Positions 56,577 through 64,000 of a stretch of DNA of 64,000 nucleotides are shown here, piece by piece; position 1 is the first letter of the stretch; each line of letters starts with the position of its first letter. Source of the DNA: Christensenellaceae bacterium (GTDB lineage Bacteria > Bacillota > Clostridia > Christensenellales > Borkfalkiaceae); the NCBI GenBank assembly GCA_034104345.1, contig JAXEDY010000015.1:2891-66890 (forward strand), in the 5' to 3' direction. Position numbers and translations under genes: made by a program. The notes under the pieces are model-generated. The model searched no databases. It saw only the letters and a program-made list of their open reading frames with translations, and was not told where the DNA came from.

Positions 56577-58250
56577 ATGAGAAAAAGAATCGTATTATTC
56601 AATTTTATAATAGTAACGCTGTCGCTGTCGGGGCTGTTTTTGTTCGGAATAAGCGTGAACAAAGACGCGCATTATAAAGAAGCCGAAGAACGAATTATCG
56701 AAATAACCGAAGTTTACACGGCAAATTATAACGAAAACATAGCGAAAACCGCGCCGAGAGGCGTGCGCGTAACCGTAATATCCGCGGGCGGCGAAGTTAT
56801 TTCAGACAGCGCGGGAAATGCCGATAAATTAGAAAATCACGCTCAACGCGAAGAAGTTATCGCGGCTTATCAAAACTCGCCGAAAATTACTGTGCGTTAC
56901 AGTTCGACGCTCGGCAAAGACATGGTTTATTACGCAAAAAAGGCGATAACAAACGCCGAAACGGGCGATTTCGTTATCGTTCGAACGGCAATCGCGGTCG
57001 AAAGCGTAAACGAATACGTTTTAAAAACCGCGGCAACTTCGTTTTATATTTTGCTTGCGGCGCTGTTTTTATCGCTTGTGGCAAGTTTTTTTGCCGCCGA
57101 CGGGCTTATAAAACCGCTTAAAGAAGTAAGCAAAAACTTAAAAGCGGTAAACGACGGCACCTATAAAAGCGTTACCTTGGTAAAAGGAGACGAAGAAGTT
57201 AACGCCGTTTTAGCTGAAATCAACGAACTTTCGGAAAAACTTTTAACGAGTATCAACGTCGCCAAAGAAAACGAATCGCGGCTCGATTACATTATTAACA
57301 ACGTTTTAGACGGGATTATCGTTTTAAACGAAAGCGGAAACATCGAAATCGCAAACAAAAACGCCGCGCAGATTTTTAACGTTGACACGCCGCGGGGCAA
57401 AAATTACGAAGTTTTAACCGAAAACGCGTTGTTCAATCGAAAAATCGGCGAATATTTGGGCGGCGGCGAAAAACCCGCGCCTTTCGAACTCGAATCAGAC
57501 GGCGAAAAAGTTTTTTATACTTCGATAAATCGGCTTGAAAACGGGTTTACGATTATAGTTTTATCCGATATAACGGCGGTTAAAAACGCCGAAAAGGCGC
57601 GAGGAGAATTCTTTGCCAACGCCGGGCACGAACTTAAAACGCCGCTTACCGCAATTAAGGGCTTTAACGATATGATAGGGCTTTCGGCAGACGGCGAAAT
57701 CAAGGTTTTATCGCAAAAAATAGATAAAGAAGTTACGCGAATAATAGGGCTTATTAACGACATGCTGTCGCTTTCGCGTTTAGACGACGAAAAACCCGAC
57801 ATAACCGAAGAAACCGACCTTGCTTTAATAAGCCGAAGCGTTAAAGAAAGCCTTGCTCCGCTTTGCGAAAAAAAGCAGGTTAACATCGAAATTAACGGCA
57901 ATGCTACCGCAAAAATCGAAAAAGAACACGCCATCGAACTTATTAAAAATCTCGTTGAAAACGGGGTAAGGTATAACGACGACGGAGGGTATGTAAAGGT
58001 AAATATCGAAAAGCAAAAGGGCGGCGCGTTACTTGTGGTTTCGGATAACGGAATAGGCATCGAACCCGAACACGTCGGCAGGGTGTTCGAACGCTTTTAC
58101 CGCGTTAACAAATCGCGCTCGCGCGAAACGGGCGGCACGGGGCTCGGTCTTGCCATCGTAAAACATATCTGCGCGCTTTACGGCGCCGAAATAAAACTCG
58201 AATCGAAACTCGGCGTAGGAACAAAAGTAAGCGTGTTTATACCCGATTAA
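56577..58250 (+). CDS. phoR: Sensor histidine kinase (PhoR-like by context)
   Basis: Two TM helices flank a sensor domain of about 130 aa, followed by HAMP and PAS domains. H-box is FFANAGHELKTPLT, the N-box is present, G1 is DNGIGI and G2 is GGTGLGLAIV. Confidence 0.9.
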   Translation: MRKRIVLFNFIIVTLSLSGLFLFGISVNKDAHYKEAEERIIEITEVYTANYNENIAKTAPRGVRVTVISAGGEVISDSAGNADKLENHAQREEVIAAYQNSPKITVRYSSTLGKDMVYYAKKAITNAETGDFVIVRTAIAVESVNEYVLKTAATSFYILLAALFLSLVASFFAADGLIKPLKEVSKNLKAVNDGTYKSVTLVKGDEEVNAVLAEINELSEKLLTSINVAKENESRLDYIINNVLDGIIVLNESGNIEIANKNAAQIFNVDTPRGKNYEVLTENALFNRKIGEYLGGGEKPAPFELESDGEKVFYTSINRLENGFTIIVLSDITAVKNAEKARGEFFANAGHELKTPLTAIKGFNDMIGLSADGEIKVLSQKIDKEVTRIIGLINDMLSLSRLDDEKPDITEETDLALISRSVKESLAPLCEKKQVNIEINGNATAKIEKEHAIELIKNLVENGVRYNDDGGYVKVNIEKQKGGALLVVSDNGIGIEPEHVGRVFERFYRVNKSRSRETGGTGLGLAIVKHICALYGAEIKLESKLGVGTKVSVFIPD

Positions 58251-58296
58251 AGATTGACAGGCTGTGCGGATAATTTAATAACCGTTTTATAATACG

Positions 58297-58330
58297 AGAA
58301 GAAGCAAATCGATTTTGCTTCTTTTTTTTA
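58297..58330 (+). terminator. Rho-independent terminator
   Basis: AGAAGAAGCAAATCGATTTTGCTTCTTTTTTTT. Confidence 0.8.
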
Positions 58331-58506
58331 CGCTTTTTGCAAAAATTACAATCGATTTTTAACTTGTATTTTTAAAGTTTTGCAGAATTATGTTAATTGT
58401 GGTATATAACATGCCGGGATAGCGTTACCCTTAATAATAATTATAAAATATTGCCGATAAAAAAATAACGCAAATCAAACCTTATCGGTTCAATTTACGT
58501 TATCTG

Positions 58507-58583
58507 TGGCGCGCCATAAGGAACTCGAATCCCTAACCTTTGGTTCCGTAGACCAACGCTCTATCCAATTGAGCTAATGGCGC
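58507..58583 (-). tRNA. tRNA-Arg (anticodon ACG), CCA encoded
   Basis: 77-nt cloverleaf. Acceptor stem is GCGCCAT/ATGGCGC, D stem GCTC/GAGC and anticodon stem TTGGT/ACCAA. The anticodon loop is CTACGGA. The T arm is AGGGA-TTCGAGT-TCCTT, the discriminator is G, and CCA is encoded. Confidence 0.93.
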
Positions 58584-58657
58584 ATATTGCACGGAAAGTT
58601 GCGCTTCGCCCCTCTAAATTGAGTTCGGCGCACCCCTTCTCCGTTGCAAGCCTATAT

Positions 58658-58686
58658 AGTATATAATAATTTAACGCGTTTGTCAA
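58658..58686 (-). promoter_or_regulatory. SigA-type promoter for tRNA-Arg
   Basis: The minus strand reads TTGACA (58681-58686), 17 nt, TATACT (58658-58663). This implies a leader of about 68 nt before the tRNA. Confidence 0.55.
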
Positions 58687-58857
58687 ATATTTAATTTAAA
58701 ATAAACAAACTTTTTATCATTTTTTTATTCGTTTTAAAAAAGTTTTAAATAATTAAAAAAATTACGTCTTAAAATCATTAAAAATAAAAATATTTAATTA
58801 TAAAATTAAAAAAGTTAAAAACAAAATTAAAAAAGTTAAAAATCTATGTAAAAATTG

Positions 58858-58886
58858 TTGACAAATGAAAATCGCCGATATATAAT
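58858..58886 (+). promoter_or_regulatory. SigA-type promoter of the DUF2089 operon
   Basis: TTGACA (58858-58863), 17 nt, TATAAT (58881-58886). It is preceded by 2 x 21-bp A-rich direct repeats (58802-58842). Confidence 0.6.
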
Positions 58887-58997
58887 AAAGGCACAATAAA
58901 CGATTTAAACTTGCAACAACGAAACAAAAAGGGCCTTTAAGGATAGGCGGTGATTTATCCCGCTCGGCTGACGTAAAAATAAAAAGGGAGTTATAAT

Positions 58998-59369
58998 ATG
59001 AAGAAAAAATTATTGGGCGTTTGCCCGGTGTGCGGCGAAAAACTTACCGTAACCGAACTCGGGTGCGGGGCTTGTGGCACTAAAATAAGCGGCGAGTTCA
59101 AACTTAGCAAATTCGATTATCTTTCAGAAGATCTTCAGAATTTTGCGCTTATATTTTTAAAAAACGCGGGCAATATCAAGGCTGTAGAAAGCGAAATGAA
59201 CATTTCGTATCCTACGGTTAAAAAATATCTCGAAACGCTTATCGAAAAACTCGACTTCGATAAAAAGGTTGTGGGCAAAATAACTCCCACGCGCGACGAC
59301 GTGCTTAAAATGCTTAAAAACGGAGAAATAAACTTCGACGAAGCCGAAGAAATGCTTAAAAATCTGTAA
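58998..59369 (+). CDS. DUF2089-family zinc-ribbon/HTH protein
   Basis: Contains CPVCGEKLTVTELGCGACGTKISGEF and NAGNIKAVESEMNISYPTVKKYLE. GGGAG SD. Confidence 0.8.
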   Translation: MKKKLLGVCPVCGEKLTVTELGCGACGTKISGEFKLSKFDYLSEDLQNFALIFLKNAGNIKAVESEMNISYPTVKKYLETLIEKLDFDKKVVGKITPTRDDVLKMLKNGEINFDEAEEMLKNL

Positions 59370-59408
59370 AAAGGCAACGTTTGTTAAAAAAACAAAAGGG
59401 CGATTAAA

Positions 59409-59573
59409 ATGCTTGATAAATTTTTAAACGAATTAGAACAATCGGCAAAGCAAAGCGGAATGAACGAAAGGGATATTCAGTCGCTTATAAACAGATATAA
59501 AGGCGATTTTTCGTTAAGATGCGATTTCCGATCGGCGGGAATTTTGCCTTTTAACAGAAATTATAAAATATAA
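59409..59573 (+). CDS. 54-aa ORF, truncated paralogue of the N-terminus of the next gene (DUF1700/HAAS-like)
   Basis: MLDKFLNELEQSAKQSGMNERDIQSLINRYKGDF compares with MFDKFLNELEEIAKQKGLSDSEAAAISEKYKRRF in the next gene. It is below the ORF-track length cutoff. A weak SD (AAGGG) is present. It may be a gene remnant. Confidence 0.4.
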   Translation: MLDKFLNELEQSAKQSGMNERDIQSLINRYKGDFSLRCDFRSAGILPFNRNYKI

Positions 59574-59620
59574 AAACATTTAAAAAAACCATTTATGGAC
59601 TTACAAACAAGGAGATAGTT

Positions 59621-60643
59621 ATGTTTGATAAATTTTTAAACGAACTTGAAGAAATTGCAAAACAAAAAGGGCTTTCGGACAGTGAAGCCGCCGCTATTTC
59701 GGAAAAATATAAAAGACGATTCGCGCTTGCGCTCGAAGCAGGATTTTCGGAAAGCGAAGCGCTCGAAAAATTCGGTTTACCCGAAAATATCGTTGACGAA
59801 GCCTTAAAAGCGGGTGAAAAAACGCAGGAAAAAACAACCGAAACTTGCGATAAAAACTGCGATGATTGCGATAAATCGAGCGACTGCTTCGGCGATGCGG
59901 AAAGCGACTACGCCGTAATTTGCAACGAATTTTACCTTGAAAACATAAGCGACAAAGTGGATATAGTTATAGCGCCGAGCGACGAAGCGGGGGTTAAAAC
60001 GGTATTCGACGGAAACGTCGCCGATTTTTATAAGGCAAAATTCAGCGACGACGGCTTTAAATACGAATTTTTGCCGATCGACGAAAACGTTCTTAAAAAG
60101 AACAAGGCAAACGGCACTGTTTATATACTCATAGATAAAAAGTTGTTTTTTAAGCGCATCGAAATAAGCGCGGCTTGCGGCGGCGATTTCGAAGCGTCGA
60201 AATACGATTTTAACACCGACGAATTTAAGGGCGAATTTGTTGCCGGCGACGCGGTTTTCGGCGATATAACGGCAAAAAACTGCGCCGTAAGTTGCGTTTC
60301 GGGCGATTTTATCTGCGGTAAAATAAAAGCGGGCGCTTGTAGAATTTCGGAAGTTTCGGGCGACGTTACGATTGGCTCGATTAACGCGAAAACCCTCGAT
60401 TTCAGCACAGTTTCGGGCGATATGACCGTTAAAAACGCAAACGTCGAAAACGCAAAATTAAAAAGCGTAAGCGGCGATATTTCGCTCGGGGGCGAAGTAG
60501 GCGGATACGAAGCGAACACAGTTTCGGGCGATATAAAGGTAAACCAAAAAACCGTTTGCGAAGGTTTGGCAAACAAAATCAATCGCTCGATTAACAATAT
60601 ATTTAAGTCGTTCGGCAAAAAAGGCGATTCAGACGATAAGTAA
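59621..60643 (+). CDS. DUF1700/HAAS-like N-terminal domain fused to a DUF4097-type beta-helical repeat domain
   Basis: AAGGAG SD. Cys/Asp-rich linker CDKNCDDCDKSSDC. Repeated VSGD units (VSGDF, VSGDVT, VSGDMT, VSGDIS, VSGDIK). Confidence 0.8.
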   Translation: MFDKFLNELEEIAKQKGLSDSEAAAISEKYKRRFALALEAGFSESEALEKFGLPENIVDEALKAGEKTQEKTTETCDKNCDDCDKSSDCFGDAESDYAVICNEFYLENISDKVDIVIAPSDEAGVKTVFDGNVADFYKAKFSDDGFKYEFLPIDENVLKKNKANGTVYILIDKKLFFKRIEISAACGGDFEASKYDFNTDEFKGEFVAGDAVFGDITAKNCAVSCVSGDFICGKIKAGACRISEVSGDVTIGSINAKTLDFSTVSGDMTVKNANVENAKLKSVSGDISLGGEVGGYEANTVSGDIKVNQKTVCEGLANKINRSINNIFKSFGKKGDSDDK

Positions 60644-60676
60644 TTAAACAACAAATAACAAAAACCGATAAACGAT

Positions 60677-60724
60677 AAAAGTCCGTCTATATGCCGATAA
60701 TCGACCTATAGACGGACTTTTTTA
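60677..60724 (+). repeat. Hairpin-repeat family copy R9, acting as bidirectional terminator
   Basis: AAAAGTCCGTCTATA-TGCCGATAATCGACC-TATAGACGGACTTTTTT, a perfect 15-bp stem. Confidence 0.85.
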
Positions 60725-60750
60725 TATTATTTATGTAAAATGCAGGCAAA

Positions 60751-61299
60751 TCAAACAAGTTTTTCTACGAAATAAATCATCGAATTTCCGCCGTTTAAAG
60801 CGTTTGGTTTAAGGTTTAAAAACAAAAGTTTTTTGTGTTTCGTCTGCGCGTATTTAACGGTTGAAAAGGTGCCGCCTTTTCTGTCGCCGTTCCAACAACA
60901 AATAACAACGTCGCTTTTGTCAACCATATATCTGTTGCGCGACTGCATGCAAAAGGGCGTGTAGTGCGGAAAAAGTACCGTTACCTTGTCGGCTTGGTTC
61001 AAAACGCTGACGTATCGCCTTTTTTCGGGCACCGTCCAATATTTTTCTTGCCCGCAACAGGGAATTGCCATTTCCAAATTTAGATTAAGCCCGTCTTTTT
61101 TTAAACCGATAACCGTTTCGGCAAAATCGAGATCGACTCCAAGCGCGCCGCCCGATATAAAATGATCGCAGCCTTCGCCCACGCAAAACATAATATATTC
61201 TTTAAGCCGTTCGATAAACTCTTTTTTTGCTTTTTCGTCGCCGTTTATCTCCCAAGGCAGTTTGTCGGGGCGGTGCCCCGTTGCGCAAGCGGTTTTCAT
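60751..61299 (-). CDS. SLOG-superfamily protein (DUF1273/YpsA-like)
   Basis: Contains ACATGHRPDKL and FISGGALGVDLDFAE, and is collinear with what I remember of B. subtilis YpsA. Confidence 0.75.
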   Translation of the reverse strand: MKTACATGHRPDKLPWEINGDEKAKKEFIERLKEYIMFCVGEGCDHFISGGALGVDLDFAETVIGLKKDGLNLNLEMAIPCCGQEKYWTVPEKRRYVSVLNQADKVTVLFPHYTPFCMQSRNRYMVDKSDVVICCWNGDRKGGTFSTVKYAQTKHKKLLFLNLKPNALNGGNSMIYFVEKLV

Positions 61300-61338
61300 T
61301 TAATCACGTTCCTGTTTTTTAATTGCTATAAAAATTGC

Positions 61339-61376
61339 AAAAGCGCCGATAATCGACCTATAGGCGGGCTTTTTTG
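61339..61376 (+). repeat. Hairpin-repeat family copy R10, between two minus-strand genes
   Basis: AAAAGCGCCGATAATCGACCTATAGGCGGGCTTTTTT. Confidence 0.8.
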
Positions 61377-61402
61377 ATTTTTCGGCATTGATTTTACCCG
61401 AA

Positions 61403-62599
61403 TTAAACGTCGTTTTCGACGAAAAGCGTGGCAAATTCGTTCTGGTGTTTTTTCGTTATATGCGAATAAACTTCGCCCGCAAAAACGTCCGTTTCAAAAC
61501 ATGCCTTTGCCGCGCCTTTAAGTAAATTCGCGTCGCTTTTTCTCGTTATAAACGGAATATCGGGCGAAAGGTCTGATAATAAATCGGTTTTGCTTGCGTT
61601 TATTGCAAGCACTTTTAAATAAAGGTCGCTTTTTAAAAATTTTAAAACGTCCTCTTTTTTAATGCCGAGCAGAGCCGAAAGCGTTATGCGCGAAAGCCTT
61701 GTTTGCGTATAACGCCTTGTCGCAAGCCGTTTTAAAAGGTCGGTCAAAGTAAAACTGTCTTTGCAAAGCACTTTAATGCGGTTTTCAAGCCCTTCGGTGC
61801 AGTCGAAAATTTCTTTGATTTCTTTTTTGTCGCGCGTTAAAAGCGAAGTTAAAATCATATCGTCGGCGCGCGGAACAAACGACGGTAAATCGTTAAAAAC
61901 GTAGGGCGGAACGAAATTTTTAACTCTTTTTATTTTGCCCGAATCTATCGCCGCACGTATAGCCGCAGCCGACGGGTTTTCGCCTTTTTTAAGTTTTTCG
62001 GCGTGGTAAGCGTTGCCGTTTCGCTCTATTAAAAACACGCCTAAATCGTGTTTACCTTCTAAAATAGCGCGTGCGTATTCGAGCGCTAAAATGTTGTTCG
62101 GCGACGAAACGAGCGATAAATCGATTCCGCTGTTCGGTTCGCGCTCGTTAAATTTTTCAAGCGCGGCGTATTTTGCCTTTGCCAAGGTAGAACCGCGGGC
62201 AAGTTCTTCTTTTAGGTCGGCTTTGAATTGTTTGCTTTCGTTCGAAAGCGCGGCTGCCGTTTTGAAAAGCGACTTCTCGTTTCCGCTTTCAACCCCGAAG
62301 CAAAGGGTGTTTTCGGCTTTAAGCGCGCTAAGCAATTTTATCGCGCCTTTTGCAAAAATTTCGGCGGGCGCGGTCGCAAACGCCGCGGGGAGTTCCAGAA
62401 CCATATCCGCCCCCGCTTTAACGGCATGTTTTGCTCGCGTATATTTATCCATAACCGCCGCTTCGCCGCGCTGGGTGAAGTTCCCGCTCATAATGCAGAC
62501 GACAGCGTCGGGCTTAAGTTCGCTTTTTATTTTGTTTATTGCGTATAAATGCCCGTTGTGAAAGGGGTTATATTCGCAAATTATGCTTGAGATTTTCAA
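61403..62599 (-). CDS. tmcAL: tRNA(Met) cytidine acetate ligase (YlbM/UPF0348 nucleotidyltransferase)
   Basis: The N-terminal IICEYNPFHNGHLY motif is an HxGH-type nucleotidyltransferase motif. 398 aa. Confidence 0.88.
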   Translation of the reverse strand: MKISSIICEYNPFHNGHLYAINKIKSELKPDAVVCIMSGNFTQRGEAAVMDKYTRAKHAVKAGADMVLELPAAFATAPAEIFAKGAIKLLSALKAENTLCFGVESGNEKSLFKTAAALSNESKQFKADLKEELARGSTLAKAKYAALEKFNEREPNSGIDLSLVSSPNNILALEYARAILEGKHDLGVFLIERNGNAYHAEKLKKGENPSAAAIRAAIDSGKIKRVKNFVPPYVFNDLPSFVPRADDMILTSLLTRDKKEIKEIFDCTEGLENRIKVLCKDSFTLTDLLKRLATRRYTQTRLSRITLSALLGIKKEDVLKFLKSDLYLKVLAINASKTDLLSDLSPDIPFITRKSDANLLKGAAKACFETDVFAGEVYSHITKKHQNEFATLFVENDV

Positions 62600-62871
62600 A
62601 TAATCACCTAAAACCTTTTACTTTTAAAGCGATTTGATATATAATTATATTGTTATCGCGCGTGCGTGCAAATTTTTCGCGTAAAAGTTTGTGCTTCGGG
62701 ATTTGCCGTGCGCGGTTAAACGAGCGCGGTAAAGCCGACTGAAAAGCGGCTTACGGAAAAACGCAACGCAAATTACGTTAAAGCGGAAAGCAAAAAAAAC
62801 GCATTGCACACTAATATGATACACCAATTTTAAAAAAAATTCAACGTTTTATATAAAATAAGGAGAAAGTT

Positions 62872-63876
62872 ATGTCACAACTTATCGACAATTTAGTTAA
62901 AAACGCGTCGCTTTTAAACAAGCGCATCGTTCTTACCGAAGGCGAAGACGAAAGGGTGGTTAAAGCCGCGGCGGATATTACCGCCCGCAAAATCGCCCGC
63001 GTAGTGCTTTTGGGCGACGAAAAAGAAATAGCCGAAAAAAATCCCGGCGTAGATCTTACGGGCGTTGAAGTTATAAACCCCGTTACCTGCCCCAAACTTA
63101 AAGAATACGCCAATTTGCTTTACGAATTAAGAAAAGCAAAAGGAATGACCGAAGAACAGGCGCTCGAAACCGCAAAAGAAAGCACCTATTTCGGCACTTT
63201 AATGCTTAAAGCGGGCGACGTAGACGGATTGGTTTCGGGTGCTTGCCACTCGACGGCAAACACGTTGCGCCCCGGTCTTCAGATAATCAAAACTCCGGCG
63301 GGCGTTCCGCTCGTTTCGAGTTTCTTTTTGATGATAGCCCCCGAATGCGGCAATCAATATTGCAAAGACGGCGCGTTCGTGTTCTCCGATTGCGGGTTAG
63401 AGCCTAACCCCGATCCCGACAAACTCGCATACATCGCCGTTGCTGCCGCAAAAAGCGCGAAAACGCTTGCGGGCATCGAACCCAACGTAGCAATGCTTTC
63501 GTTCTCGACCAAGGGTAGCGCTAAACACCCGGACGTAGAAAAGGTTGCCGCCGCCGTTCAAAAAGCCAAAGAACTTGCGCCCGATCTTAACGTAGACGGC
63601 GAACTTCAGTTCGACGCTTCCATAGTTCCGTCGGTTGCGGCTAAAAAAGCGCCTAACTCGCCCGTTGCGGGCAAGGCGAACGTTCTGATATTCCCCGATC
63701 TCGACGCGGGCAACATCGGATATAAAATCGCCGAACGCCTGGGCGGATTCACGGCGGTAGGTCCCCTTTGCCAGGGCTTTGCCAAACCTATGAACGACCT
63801 GTCGCGCGGGTGCAAATCCGAAGACATAGTTCTTGCCGTGGCAATGACCGCGCTTCAGACGCAAATCAAGTGGTAA
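62872..63876 (+). CDS. pta: Phosphate acetyltransferase (short form, PTA_PTB domain only)
   Basis: Contains RIVLTEGEDERVVKAA, GLVSGACHSTANTLRP and FPDLDAGNIGYKI. AAGGAG SD. Confidence 0.95.
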   Translation: MSQLIDNLVKNASLLNKRIVLTEGEDERVVKAAADITARKIARVVLLGDEKEIAEKNPGVDLTGVEVINPVTCPKLKEYANLLYELRKAKGMTEEQALETAKESTYFGTLMLKAGDVDGLVSGACHSTANTLRPGLQIIKTPAGVPLVSSFFLMIAPECGNQYCKDGAFVFSDCGLEPNPDPDKLAYIAVAAAKSAKTLAGIEPNVAMLSFSTKGSAKHPDVEKVAAAVQKAKELAPDLNVDGELQFDASIVPSVAAKKAPNSPVAGKANVLIFPDLDAGNIGYKIAERLGGFTAVGPLCQGFAKPMNDLSRGCKSEDIVLAVAMTALQTQIKW

Positions 63877-63900
63877 AACACCGGTTTGTTTGCAAAACGC

Positions 63901-64000
63901 GGGCTTATGGTTCGCTGACGTATTTCGCGGGCTTATCGCTTGCGGGGGTATCTTTCGGGCTTATGGTTCGCGGCTGTCAGTTCGCGCGGGCTTTTGCCCT
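63901..64000 (+). repeat. ~28-bp periodic direct repeats (GGGCTTATGGTTCGC-like 15-mers), truncated by the window end
   Basis: 15-mers are at 63901-63915, 63929-63943 (GGGCTTATCGCTTGC) and 63957-63971, with a partial copy at 63988-64000. Confidence 0.7.

Noticed and set aside
58378-58410. Plus-strand promoter-like TTGCAG-N14-TGGTATATA pointing into the antisense of tRNA-Arg
   Set aside because: There is no downstream ORF or structured RNA on that strand before the tRNA. It is likely a fortuitous AT-rich match.
58507-61299. Genomic island integrated at tRNA-Arg
   Set aside because: There is no integrase or recombinase, no duplicated tRNA 3' segment (att site) and no clear compositional break beyond the AT-rich spacer. 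I kept only the weaker islet hypothesis, under the DUF2089 cassette finding.
63901-64000. Possible CRISPR array because of regularly spaced repeats
   Set aside because: The repeats are only about 15 nt with spacers of about 13 nt. The repeats are degenerate, the spacers are GC-rich and similar to each other, and no cas genes are visible. The geometry is not CRISPR-like.

Overview
This window looks like a 64-kb core-chromosome segment from a Bacillota (Firmicutes) organism, probably class Clostridia. The evidence for that placement:
- a long SRP RNA with an Alu domain
- a T-box leader on ileS
- pgsA-cinA-recA-(SAT)-rny synteny
- the ylbH(rsmD)/coaD/ylbJ/ylbM(tmcAL) neighbourhood
- whiA and hprK

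I support about 50 CDS, one tRNA-Arg(ACG), the SRP RNA, an Ile T-box riboswitch, a complete Pho cluster (Pho boxes, pstS, pstCA, pstB, phoU, phoPR) and many intrinsic terminators. Nearly all genes are housekeeping. I recognise no integrase, transposase, CRISPR array, toxin-antitoxin or known defence genes, so I cannot point to a classical novel gene-cluster system.

The unusual signals are architectural:
1. A full-length Rho paralogue with Walker A and Walker B destroyed, just upstream of ftsK.
2. A PstS lipoprotein whose two sequence halves are in swapped order (apparent circular permutation).
3. A dispersed hairpin family with a conserved loop (GATAATCGACCTATAG). Most copies act as terminators, and two lie in frame inside CDSs.
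4. REP-like GTAG+palindrome elements, including a 2 x 60-bp tandem duplication.
5. A TSUP/TauE transporter split into two 4-TM half genes by a spacer carrying one of the hairpins.
6. Fusion genes: HTH-NadE, RsmD-CoaD and PstC-PstA.
7. A 28-bp periodic repeat running off the window edge.

All homology statements come from motif recognition by eye and from memory, not from database searches.
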